Below, piece after piece: positions 7,987 through 17,098 of a stretch of DNA of 39,840 nt. Each line of letters begins with the position of its first letter. Within the stretch, counting starts at the first letter, position 1. The stretch comes from a virus (Duplodnaviria; Caudoviricetes). The stretch covers positions 1 to 39,840 of the IMG/VR virus record IMGVR_UViG_3300037484_000877; one strand, given 5' to 3'. The position numbers and the translations under genes are program-made. Below the pieces are notes generated by a model. The model made no database searches. It was not told the DNA's origin and saw nothing but the letters and a program-made list of their open reading frames with translations.

Positions 7987-8603
7987 CCGAGATCCAGGTC
8001 TTTGTCGCCCCAGAAGAGGCGCAGACGCTCGAACGCTCGACGTCGGTCATGGTTGATGCCGCTGAATCGTGGGTCATCCAGTCGGAAGCCGATGTCGAGG
8101 ATGCCTCCAAGTACCTGAAGGTCATAGCCGACTCAAAGAAGACGATCGAGGAACGCCGGCAATTCCTAGTGCGACCACTGAACAACCATGTGAGTTCCAT
8201 CAACGAGATGTTCAAGCGCTTCCTGGCGCCAGCGCTCGAGGCCGACCGTATTCTCCGAGGGAAGATCTCCACGTTTCGCACCGAGCAGCAGAAGGCACGG
8301 CTCGAGGAGCAGCGGCGTGTGAACGAAGCCGCCGCCGCGCTTCAGCGGAAGCTCAGCGACGAGGCCGCCGCGGAAGGGGTAGAGGCTCCGAAGGTTATGG
8401 CCCCGACAGTGCTACCTCCTCCCGCGACGATCGGCAACGCGAGCATGAGGAAGGTCTGGAAGTTCGACGTGCTCGACGACGAGCTCGTGCCACGAGACTA
8501 TCTCGTCGTTGACGAGAGTCTCATCCGGAAGGCGATGGCCGCCGGCGTGAGGGAGATCCCTGGCGTTCGCATCTACCAGGACGAGCAGGTCACCATCCGG
8601 TGA
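7983..8603 (+). CDS. Coiled-coil recombination-module protein (Gp157/Gam-like)
   Basis: Long coiled coil; C-terminal VPRDYLVVDESLIRK...GVREIPGVRIY; coupled to the SSAP gene. Confidence 0.65.
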   Translation: MTEIQVFVAPEEAQTLERSTSVMVDAAESWVIQSEADVEDASKYLKVIADSKKTIEERRQFLVRPLNNHVSSINEMFKRFLAPALEADRILRGKISTFRTEQQKARLEEQRRVNEAAAALQRKLSDEAAAEGVEAPKVMAPTVLPPPATIGNASMRKVWKFDVLDDELVPRDYLVVDESLIRKAMAAGVREIPGVRIYQDEQVTIR

Positions 8604-9112
8604 AGGCGGAAGCCATGACAACCCCCTCGGAAGAAGTGGCGGCGCTGGAGTTCTGTATCGGCCAGTGCGAGATCAACGGGAGCAAGGGCGGCCAGCCGCA
8701 TTGGATGAGGCAGGCCAAGATCGCCCGCGACTCGATTCGGCTCCACCATGCCCGGCTGGCGGTGGTGGAGGCGGCGGCGAGGCTCAGAGCAAAGGGGCCA
8801 GGATACGCTTCTATGGACTTGGATGCAGCGGTAGAAGCCCTCTTGGCTCTTGGGGAGGAGGTCGAGAAGGTGCAGCACGTGATCGAGGCGGCGCGCGAAG
8901 GATTGGGCCGATCTAGTCTTACTCCCGACTACATTCGGAACTTCTACATTCAGCAACTCGAAGCCATCCTTCCGAAGAAGCGCGACCCGCTGGGTGAGTT
9001 GGAACGGTACATGGTGAACCAGAACAAGGGCGACACCTTTCTAGACCACGAGACACTTGCCGAGTGGCTCGCCCTGGTCCGCGAAGCGAGGGCGCAAGGA
9101 GTGGGAAAGTGA
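8600..9112 (+). CDS. Hypothetical protein
   Basis: GTGA-coupled ORF in the plus-strand array. Confidence 0.6.
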   Translation: MKAEAMTTPSEEVAALEFCIGQCEINGSKGGQPHWMRQAKIARDSIRLHHARLAVVEAAARLRAKGPGYASMDLDAAVEALLALGEEVEKVQHVIEAAREGLGRSSLTPDYIRNFYIQQLEAILPKKRDPLGELERYMVNQNKGDTFLDHETLAEWLALVREARAQGVGK

Positions 9113-11515
9113 GCATGAACAAGTGCAGCGTTCAAGTTGCCACCTATCCAGATGAAGGCGCCCACGCAGAGATAGTGGTACTTGAGTCCCATTGGACGTT
9201 CGCTGATCGCGTCGTCCTGGCGCTGCCGAACAAGGGCGGCTCGCACGTCTTCATCATTTCCGACCTGGAGATGGCGCTGAGCGCAATTCGGAGTGCCAAG
9301 CCATGACCCGCCTCCTCCTACTCCTGGCCGCTGTCGCGGTGATGGCGGGGTGCCATGGGCTCTAGGTGTACGGTGTGGGCGTGGACCCTGAAATACGGCC
9401 GCTGGGGATATGAGCATATGTGGCAGGGCGACTCGCTATTGCGTGCATTCTGGATGGCTTGGCGCTTGAAATGCGGAGGCGTCGGGTGTGTGCGAATCGA
9501 GTGGCGATGACCCACGACATGAACGAGGCACTGGAGCGTGCTGAAAAGCGAGTGCGATTCAATCCGCTCAACCCGCTCTCCTGGGAAATGTGGCGGATAG
9601 GATTTGCTACTGGGTGGCGTGCAGCCTTGCGAGCAAAGCAACCACGGGTGCTGAAGTGTGGCTGCATCCTCGGTGCCGATGGACAGGTCTGCGTGCAACA
9701 TAGGGAGCGGTAACGATGACCCACGACGAGGAGAAGCGGGCGCTGGAAGTAGCCGAGGCTGCCGTCAACGCCTGTGCGACCGGCGGAACTCTTGAGATGG
9801 ACAGAGCCATGGACGCCACCCTACGCAACATGGCCCGGCTCCACGATGCGGAGATCGAGAAGGAGGCGGGGTGAAGCGGACGGTGAAGGCGTGGGCGGTA
9901 TTGAGCATCAAGTTCAAGCCGCTCGGCATTTCGAGCGTGAGCATTCGCAGGCCGTCCTACGCTGCGGATTACAAGGACAGCCCAGAGTGGGCCATCGTTC
10001 CCTGCACCATCACCTACGACGCAAGCCGCGCAAGAGGAGGAAGCCCAATGCCCGATAGCGTGGCGCAGCGGTTGAAGGCGCTGGAGGATGCATCCGAAAA
10101 GACAGTGGTGAAGCGCGATCCCGTGAGCGGCGATGAGTACACCGTGGCTGCTCCAGCCTGGATAGTCGCGGGCTGGCGTGACGAACTCTCCGCGATCCGT
10201 GCCGAAGTCGAGCGGCTGGCGAAGGCGCTGCGGCACGACAACGCCTTAGCGGATGAAGTTTCCGCAGCCCTATCCACCGAGAAGCCGAGCCATGGGTGAC
10301 TTCAACATTTACAACTCTTACACCGATGACGAGTTGCGCGCTATAGCGGCTCAACCGTGCGGTTGCAGCGAAGATCAGGGTCAATGCGATGCGTGCTGTG
10401 CCGGGATCATGCTTGGCTATCGGATGAAGATCGAAGAGGAGCAGCTACGTTGGGCTGGATGGCCGGAGGATCAAGATGTCCCATTCTAGTGAGCCACTGA
10501 CCGCTGAGATGGTGAGGGAGGCGATAGGGGCTGGGAATGACGCCCTGGAAACGCCCCGATATTTCGCGGACGAGGACGGATGCCCGCACGAGCGGTCAGC
10601 GTTTTACGTTGCTGAGGGACATCGCGCCATCCTCCGTCGCCTTCTGGACTCGGGCTTCCTGGAGGCGGCGATGCGCTCCGAGGCGATCAAGAATGAATGC
10701 GCGGAGCGACCCATGTATCCCGACGAACCGCCACAAGCCCGATACGATCTTGAGGGGCAGGCCGCAGGCGAATGCTCGGCTGCCTACTGCCGCCTGATGG
10801 CCCAACCCACGGAGGGCGACCATGCCTGAGCCGAAGGAAGAGACTGTGGCGGACGTGCTGGTGGAATCGCTTGACAATATGTTTAGTCGGTTGATGTTCT
10901 ATCCATTAGTGAGGTTCAGGGATAATTTCCTTTCGCATGACTTTGAGGTAAGGCGCTTCACGAATGTGGAGCTTCTCAAGGCAATCGACGTCATGCGCGA
11001 TGATTCGGCAATTCTTCAAGTTGAGATTGCCCGCATCGCCGCAGCCCACGCCAGGGAGATCGCGGTGCTGCAAGCGGAAGTGGCGCGGCTGAAGGCGCTC
11101 ATCGAGGGGTGGCCGCAGCGGTGCGCCTGCGACGCGCCGGAGCATCTAGTCGAGGAAGTGACGATCTGCGCCGGATGCGGAGGGTACAGGCCATGACCGA
11201 CGAGGGAGTGAAGCCCAAGAAGAAGGCGGTGCGGAAGTGACCAAGGAACAGCGGGAGGCGATTGAATACGCTGTGGGGCTGTGCGAACGTAGGTCGAACA
11301 TGGACGCAGCGCCATCTGGCCGGGCCTATCAGGCCGAGCAGTACGTCGCCCTTCTCACCATGCTGATGCTGGAGGAGCCATCCCACACCGAAGCCATTCG
11401 GCGCTTGAAGGCGGTGGAGGGAGCAATCAGGCCTCGGGAGGGCGCTCCGACTCACCTTTGGTGGGCCGACGAACTGGCCGGAGTCATCCGGCTGCTTGAG
11501 GAGGGGAAGAAGTGA
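9109..11515 (+). other. Array of about 10 small, translationally coupled hypothetical ORFs (e.g. 9109-9306, 9507-9713, 9716-9874, 10048-10299, 10292-10489, 10476-10829, 10822-11196, 11237-11515)
   Basis: Consecutive overlapping start/stop codons with SD motifs; no recognisable domains. Confidence 0.6.
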
Positions 11516-11820
11516 CCACTCTATTCCTTCTCATCGTGGGGCATGCGGTGGCTGATTTCGGCCTCCAATCGGATTGGATGGCGATCAACAAGCGAACGTC
11601 TCGAATCGTGCGCCTGATGCACTCGCTGATTCACGGTGGAGCGACCTGCCTTGTCTTGGGAGCGGGCTACGGGTTGGCTGAGACGGCAGCGCACTACTTG
11701 ATCGACTCGCTGACCATTCACGGTAAGCGCCCGTCGCTTCTGGTGGATCAGTCGATGCACATCGCCTGCAAGGTCGCCTACTTCGCAGTATGGAGCCTAA
11801 ATCCCCCGGAGTCCCGATGA
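11512..11820 (+). CDS. DUF3307 family membrane protein
   Basis: GHAVADFGLQSDWMAINK...HSLIH...HYLID...DQSMH. Confidence 0.85.
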   Translation: MTTLFLLIVGHAVADFGLQSDWMAINKRTSRIVRLMHSLIHGGATCLVLGAGYGLAETAAHYLIDSLTIHGKRPSLLVDQSMHIACKVAYFAVWSLNPPESR

Positions 11821-12098
11821 CAGACCCTACGAGTGAACTGCTGGCGGTATTGGCGGAGATGGAGGCGCGAGCCACCGAGGACACGCGGGTCACGGTCCAT
11901 GTGTTCATACCGCAATGGGCCGCCCGCATCCGAGCCGCGCTGCCTATCCCGGAGCACGAGGCGTTCGTCGCGGCGGCAACCACATTTTGTATTTGGCGGG
12001 ACGGTTTCTTGGATGCTTTAGCCGAGACTGGGGACGACTATTCTGCGGGACTAATCTCCGCCTACCGCGCCTACATCGAAGCGCAGGGGAAGAAGTAG
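11817..12098 (+). CDS. Hypothetical protein
   Basis: ATGA coupling at 11817. Confidence 0.6.
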   Translation: MTDPTSELLAVLAEMEARATEDTRVTVHVFIPQWAARIRAALPIPEHEAFVAAATTFCIWRDGFLDALAETGDDYSAGLISAYRAYIEAQGKK

Positions 12099-12100
12099 AA

Positions 12101-12411
12101 GCGCTGCGGCGGCGAAAGCCTGAGCAATCGTTCCCCAACCTGGGTCGGGTTCGGAACCCACTGGACCCCTAAAGGAACGTGGCGACGGCCAGTAGGGACG
12201 CTACCAGGGCCGCAGCGTGATTTGAAGTGCCGTGGCACCTTAATCCGCCGGGGTACGGCTTGAAAGCGCGCCTCTTCTCGCTACGATCCGCGCGGAACAG
12301 GGTACGGCCTCGCCGACGGCCACGGCACGAAGCGGAAAGAGGGCGGCGGGTTACCCTACATTGGACGGCAGCGCCGCCATCAATCGGCGTGGGCATAGCC
12401 CGCCGTACCTC
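12101..12411 (+). ncRNA. Candidate large structured ncRNA with three multistem domains
   Basis: 10-bp closing helices 12101-12110/12209-12218, 12227-12236/12319-12328 and 12344-12353/12396-12405; GAAA tetraloop hairpin; G-U pairs and GNRA loop favour the plus strand. Confidence 0.65.
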
Positions 12412-12439
12412 GCCGCGGAACGGAGGGGGTTGTGAAGTC

Positions 12440-12673
12440 GTGAGAATCATCCCTGTGAAGACCGACATCTCGAACCTCGAGCCCGGAGACATCTACGCGG
12501 AGGCAGGACCAGGGGAGTGGGCCATGCTGACAGAAGGCTGGGACGATCGGATCGTGCCGCGGCCGGACCTGAAGCCCGTCGTCGGACACACGGTGATGAT
12601 TCGGTCGAACGACCCGCTGCCGGATGACGCCGGCCCGCGCACCGTCTACAGGCTCGAAATCGTAAAGGAGTAG
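12440..12673 (+). CDS. Hypothetical protein
   Basis: GTG 12440 downstream of GGAGGGGG; 3' part of ORF 12227-12673. Confidence 0.55.
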   Translation: MRIIPVKTDISNLEPGDIYAEAGPGEWAMLTEGWDDRIVPRPDLKPVVGHTVMIRSNDPLPDDAGPRTVYRLEIVKE

Positions 12674-12772
12674 GACTCGGGCGGCCTCGGCCGGGGACGC
12701 GACCTCGATAACACCGGCGCCCTGCAACGAACACGCTGCAACCGAGGGCGGCGTGCCAACAGTAACGAATGA

Positions 12773-12805
12773 GCCCCCGATCACGAGACCGGGGGCCCTT
12801 CTTTT
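12773..12805 (+). terminator. Intrinsic terminator where the two transcription directions converge
   Basis: GCCCCCG-10 nt-CGGGGGC then CCTTCTTTT. Confidence 0.6.
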
Positions 12806-12880
12806 GGTAGCGGGCGAGGGAATCGAACCCTCCGTGTCCTGGTTATGAGCCAGGCATGTCCACCAGTTCACCTGCCCGCA
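12805..12880 (-). tRNA. tRNA with CAT anticodon (Met/fMet-like; Ile2 not excluded), CCA encoded
   Basis: TGCGGGC...CCTGG-CTCATAA-CCAGG...GAGGG-TTCGATT-CCCTC-GCCCGCT-ACCA; 76-nt cloverleaf. Confidence 0.92.
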
Positions 12881-13333
12881 TCATCGAACGATCAGATCCA
12901 GGATCCTCGCCGGCGGAACCGCGTCCAGAATAACCTTCGCCGCAAGGTTCGAGTACCCAGAGCAGTTCGGCACCTCGTCGCATGCCTTCAGCAGGAAGTA
13001 GTAGGTGTTCGGCGCGAACGTCCCGGTCACGATCTTGGTCTGAGTCGTGCCCGCCACGAGCGGCGCCGGCATGGTCCCGACTACCGTGGCGGAGCTCCAC
13101 CACGAGTTGACCGCCGGCGTTCCAGCGGGGCCAGCGGCCGCGAGGCCCGTCGTGTCGGGTCGTGTCGTGGACCACCGCATTTCGTAGCTCGTCGCCGTCC
13201 CAACATTCCCGTCATCTCCCGGCGCCGTCCAGTCGAGCGTGATGCTCGTTACCTGCGCCGGAGCTCGAAGGGGCCAGAGGAGAACGATGGCGACTACGCC
13301 CAGCGCCACGATGAGCCATCCGTACCACTTCAT
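12881..13333 (-). CDS. Secreted or membrane-anchored fibronectin type III domain protein
   Basis: N-terminal hydrophobic signal; SITLDWTAPGDDG...YEMRWS...PNTYYFLLKACDE..N.S..SN FN3 signature. Confidence 0.8.
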   Translation of the reverse strand: MKWYGWLIVALGVVAIVLLWPLRAPAQVTSITLDWTAPGDDGNVGTATSYEMRWSTTRPDTTGLAAAGPAGTPAVNSWWSSATVVGTMPAPLVAGTTQTKIVTGTFAPNTYYFLLKACDEVPNCSGYSNLAAKVILDAVPPARILDLIVR

Positions 13334-13647
13334 CGAAGCGCCTCCCGCGCGTTCTTCTGCGTGCTGTGGACTCCCGTGACCACGAAGGTCTGGATGAGGG
13401 AGTTCACGAAGATGTCGAGGAAGCCCTTGCCGAACGTGCCGAAGAATCCGGCCATCGCCACCGCCGGAACCGTCTGAGGCGGAAGCGCCGAGGTTGCCGC
13501 GGCGACCATCTGCGTGATGAGCGCGACGACGAAGGTGAGGGCGGGGATCACCTTCCGAATGAAGTCCCCGGACTTCGTGCTCTTCTTCGTGATGTAGCCG
13601 ACGAGGAAGTTGGTGAACATCCCTACGAGCGTGATGATCTGGTCCAT
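13330..13647 (-). CDS. Putative holin
   Basis: 105 aa, 2-3 TM segments, basic C-terminus, next to the endolysin. Confidence 0.6.
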   Translation of the reverse strand: MDQIITLVGMFTNFLVGYITKKSTKSGDFIRKVIPALTFVVALITQMVAAATSALPPQTVPAVAMAGFFGTFGKGFLDIFVNSLIQTFVVTGVHSTQKNAREALR

Positions 13648-13659
13648 CGAATCCTCCTA

Positions 13660-14109
13660 CTAGGTCAAGCGGCGCACCCCGAGAACGGCCTCGAGTGGGA
13701 AGGGGGCTATCGACACCGAATCCCCCTGGTTTCCGCCGAGCAGCAGCACCTTACCACCTTCCACGCCAGCAAAGAAGCCGACGTGCCCTGGGGCGTGGAG
13801 AACCTCGGCGCCGGCACTTCCGGCACCGGAGCCTCGGCGGAGGATCACGACATCGGCGTCTGGTTTGGCGAAGGCGAGCCCGATCGGCTTCCCGATGGTG
13901 AGCCACGATCGAGCGGCCGCAGACTTCGATCGCGGGAGACGAAGCTCCCACGGCGCGTGCTGCATGAACGCAGAGCACCACGGAGTTTCGTCAGGCATTT
14001 CGGTCGAGAAGCCGCAGAGCGAGAGCCACCACTGGATCAGCGGGTGGTCCTTCTCACCCTTGAACTCCTTCACCCCGATGTACCGTTGCGCGATGTCGAA
14101 AGCTGTCAC
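13660..14109 (-). CDS. Endolysin, TIGR02594 family (NlpC/P60-CHAP-like peptidoglycan hydrolase)
   Basis: DETPWCSAF (catalytic Cys), SAAARSWL, GHVGFF (His), LLGGNQGDSV. Confidence 0.9.
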   Translation of the reverse strand: MTAFDIAQRYIGVKEFKGEKDHPLIQWWLSLCGFSTEMPDETPWCSAFMQHAPWELRLPRSKSAAARSWLTIGKPIGLAFAKPDADVVILRRGSGAGSAGAEVLHAPGHVGFFAGVEGGKVLLLGGNQGDSVSIAPFPLEAVLGVRRLT

Positions 14110-14411
14110 GGTTCAACCTCCTCGTACTGCCATCCGTTCTGTTCGTAGAGGCGCCGAAGTCTGATGTTCACCTTCCTCAGCAACTTAACCCTCTCCTCTA
14201 GTGAGGCGTTTCTCCAGGCCTCGTTTGAGGCGATAGACGTAGCGAGGGTGAGCCGAACTGAGGCGGCTTCCTCGGACACCTTCCCCTCGAAGCCTTCCTT
14301 CCAGTCACGGATGGTGAAGAAGCACGCGCAGAGAAGGGCGCCGATCACCACAGCCCTGAACGCGCCGCGCACCGGAATGTCCCCGAAGAGAAGTTTCCAC
14401 ACCTCTGTCAT
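14106..14411 (-). CDS. Single-TM coiled-coil protein (lysis accessory, holin- or spanin-like)
   Basis: ATG 14411 overlaps the upstream stop; one TM helix then a coiled coil. Confidence 0.55.
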   Translation of the reverse strand: MTEVWKLLFGDIPVRGAFRAVVIGALLCACFFTIRDWKEGFEGKVSEEAASVRLTLATSIASNEAWRNASLEERVKLLRKVNIRLRRLYEQNGWQYEEVEP

Positions 14412-17098
14412 CGCTCCCCCGCTTCGATCTGGCCTGAGAGCCGCTGGCGCTGTCCGGTGCGGTAGCGCTCCTCGCGCTTCTCGCTCCGCTCCCGCCGCTG
14501 CTGAATGACTCGCCCTACCTGCGGCTCCACTTCCTTTCGGACACGGATACCCGAGAGCCACGAGTATGCGCGCATCTGGGCGTCTGGGTCCCCGGTGTTC
14601 ACGAGATCGAGGAGCGCGGTCCCTAGGGGTCCACCCGTCCGAAAGAGCGCATTCACCCGCTCCGGTCCGACCGCGCGCCCTGGAGCCGCGAGCGTGATTC
14701 CCCACTTCGCCGCGAGCTCCGGGTTGATGGTCGGGATGAGCGCCGCGGCGGGCGGCAGCGCCACGATGTCCTCTGCCTCTTTGCCGGTCAACGGATTCTT
14801 GATGATGCCGGCCACCTGAGCTGGGACCGAAACTAGCGGCGTGATTTGCTGGACCGCAGCGCCACCGGGGCTAGCTGCGAACCGGCCAGGATCGAAGAAG
14901 CCGACCTGGGACATCGGAGACGTCCGGAAGCCCTCTTCGCCAGGGTAGGGCGCCAGCGTGACGCCGAGCACGTCTCGGCTCTCCGCTCCCATGTATGGGC
15001 GGTCCTCTAGCGGCAGGCCGGCGGTACGCGCCGACTCGCGCGACAGGGCGCCGAGACCCGCGAACCCCGAGGGCTTCTCCACGAGCGTTCGGAACGTGAG
15101 CGGAAGAATGTTCCGGGTCCAGGCGTAGAACGGGATCAGGTTCTCCCGGAGCTTGTTCTCGAACTGGGTGAAGGCGTCTTTCGTGTAGTCGAAGTAGGTC
15201 CGCGCGACCTCGGCGGCCGCTTCCTGAGCAGACATTCCGTTTCGGCGCATGGCGATGTAGTGAGCCGCGCGAGAGAGATCCTCGCCCGCCTGGTTGACCT
15301 GGCTCGCGGCGGCGAGCGCGCGCCGCGGCACCGACCCAGCGCCAAGGCGCCGGCCGGCGTGCACCCCGAACTCGAGCCCGGTCCCGGTGCCGATGACCTT
15401 TTGGCCGATCATTTCCTCGCGCAGCGCCGCGCGAGCGCCAAGGCCAGCGATAGGAGGGCCGTCTGCGCGTCCGAGGACCGAGGCCGCGTCTGTCCAGTTT
15501 GCCGGGTTTCGGTTGCCGCGGATCCACCCGATGATGGCGTTCCACTGCATGTTGCGAGACACGAACTGAGGGTTGACCGTCGTGACCGCAGGCTTCCAGA
15601 CCTTGAGGAATCCGGACATGACCCGGATCTTCTGAGGCGCCGTCTCCCGAACGAAATCCTGGAGGTAGCCGTAGAGCTCGGGGTCCACGTAGGCATTCGA
15701 AAATCCGACCTTCGCCTCGTCTGCGAACCCTTCGAAGATGCCGAGCTTCGACATCGGCCGAAAAGTCGGCAGCGCCCTCTCAGCTGGCACGGAAAAACGA
15801 GACGCGATCTCTCCGAGGGCGCGCGCGTTTGCCACGGACCGCGCCGTTCCCTGGCCGGCGATTTCGAAGGCTTCGAGGAGCGGTCGGAAGATGGGCCCCT
15901 CGTACCCAGTGGCCTTGCGGATTGCCGTTTCGATTTCCGAAGTCGTGAGCTCCCGGTTCGCCTTTCGAATCCCAGGGATGCGCGCCTCGAGCTCGCTGTA
16001 GGAGACGGGACCGGGATCGAGCCCGAGCGCCTCAGCTGCTTTCTGCTCCGGGATCCGGGGGGAGAACTCGACGTGCGTCGCCTTCTCCGCCTCCTCCAGG
16101 TGACTGCCCAGGCGCGCCTCCCGAAGGCCAGCGGCACCGCGGAGCTCCGGCATCGTCTCCGAAAGCCCTCGGAGTGCTTGGACGGCAGCCTGCTCGGAAG
16201 GGGAGGCCGACGCTAGCACTCCGGGGCTCCGGCCCGACATCTCGAGCAGGTCACGGACGCCCTGCTCCGCCACTTCTGGCGCGAGTCCCTTTTCTTTCGC
16301 CACCTGCATGATCGCGGTCTGGGCCTCGTCCAGGACGTCCTTCAACTGGGACTCGACGAGGCGCTCCTGGCCCCTGGTCTCCCGCATCAGGTCTCGAATC
16401 GGCTCCCGGATTCGGTGCGGCAGAAGTGCACCGGGCCGGCCGATCGCGCGCGCCACTGGCGCCACGACCGGGGAACGGCGGACGACGTCCAGCGCCTCGG
16501 CGACCTTCGGGATCTTGGTGCCAGCTCGAGCGAGCTTGAGCGCGCCGCCACCAGCAACGTCGAGCGGAAGCGTAGCGATCGTGGACGCAGCCGTTCCGAG
16601 GCCTTCCGGTGAAAGCGCAGCGCCGGCGATCGACCCGACTGGGACGCCAGACTGACCGGCGTTCATGGCGGCCTGCCATTCCGGGGGGATGCCCTGCCAG
16701 CCGAGCCGGCGGATCTCGTCGGATGCTTCCGGCCCCTGACCGAGGAGGAGCCCCTTCGCGTATCCGACTGCCGGAGCGGCAAACTCGGCCGGAGTGGGGA
16801 TCGCTCCCTCGGTCGGAGCGGTGAATCCTTGGATGGCGCCTCCCGCGGCCCTGGAGCCCCGTTCGGCGAGGAAGTCCATGGCGGCAGCGAGACCGCGGAA
16901 CGGGGCAGCTACAGCGTTCCCGAGGGCCTCCCCGGTGTTCGGGGCGGCGGGCGTCGAGGCGACTACCTGGGCGGCCGCGGCGTCGGTGGGGTCGATGTAG
17001 AGGTCAACCCCGGCAGCGCGCGCCTCCTCGAGCTGGGCGGTGATGTCGTCGTCCGAGAGGCCGTCCCGCTTGGCCTTCAGAATGTCGAAGCGAGGCAT
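14408..17098 (-). CDS. Large internal virion / DNA ejection protein
   Basis: ~896 aa, Ala/Gly-rich and helical; NPQFVSRN, FDY...IPFYAW motifs typical of podovirus ejection proteins; position after the tail genes. Confidence 0.7.
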   Translation of the reverse strand: MPRFDILKAKRDGLSDDDITAQLEEARAAGVDLYIDPTDAAAAQVVASTPAAPNTGEALGNAVAAPFRGLAAAMDFLAERGSRAAGGAIQGFTAPTEGAIPTPAEFAAPAVGYAKGLLLGQGPEASDEIRRLGWQGIPPEWQAAMNAGQSGVPVGSIAGAALSPEGLGTAASTIATLPLDVAGGGALKLARAGTKIPKVAEALDVVRRSPVVAPVARAIGRPGALLPHRIREPIRDLMRETRGQERLVESQLKDVLDEAQTAIMQVAKEKGLAPEVAEQGVRDLLEMSGRSPGVLASASPSEQAAVQALRGLSETMPELRGAAGLREARLGSHLEEAEKATHVEFSPRIPEQKAAEALGLDPGPVSYSELEARIPGIRKANRELTTSEIETAIRKATGYEGPIFRPLLEAFEIAGQGTARSVANARALGEIASRFSVPAERALPTFRPMSKLGIFEGFADEAKVGFSNAYVDPELYGYLQDFVRETAPQKIRVMSGFLKVWKPAVTTVNPQFVSRNMQWNAIIGWIRGNRNPANWTDAASVLGRADGPPIAGLGARAALREEMIGQKVIGTGTGLEFGVHAGRRLGAGSVPRRALAAASQVNQAGEDLSRAAHYIAMRRNGMSAQEAAAEVARTYFDYTKDAFTQFENKLRENLIPFYAWTRNILPLTFRTLVEKPSGFAGLGALSRESARTAGLPLEDRPYMGAESRDVLGVTLAPYPGEEGFRTSPMSQVGFFDPGRFAASPGGAAVQQITPLVSVPAQVAGIIKNPLTGKEAEDIVALPPAAALIPTINPELAAKWGITLAAPGRAVGPERVNALFRTGGPLGTALLDLVNTGDPDAQMRAYSWLSGIRVRKEVEPQVGRVIQQRRERSEKREERYRTGQRQRLSGQIEAGER

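Noticed and set aside
12111-12130. Hammerhead ribozyme (GAAA and CTGAG words)
   Set aside because: Core is CTGAGCA rather than CTGANGA, and the GAAA is a hairpin tetraloop rather than a junction element
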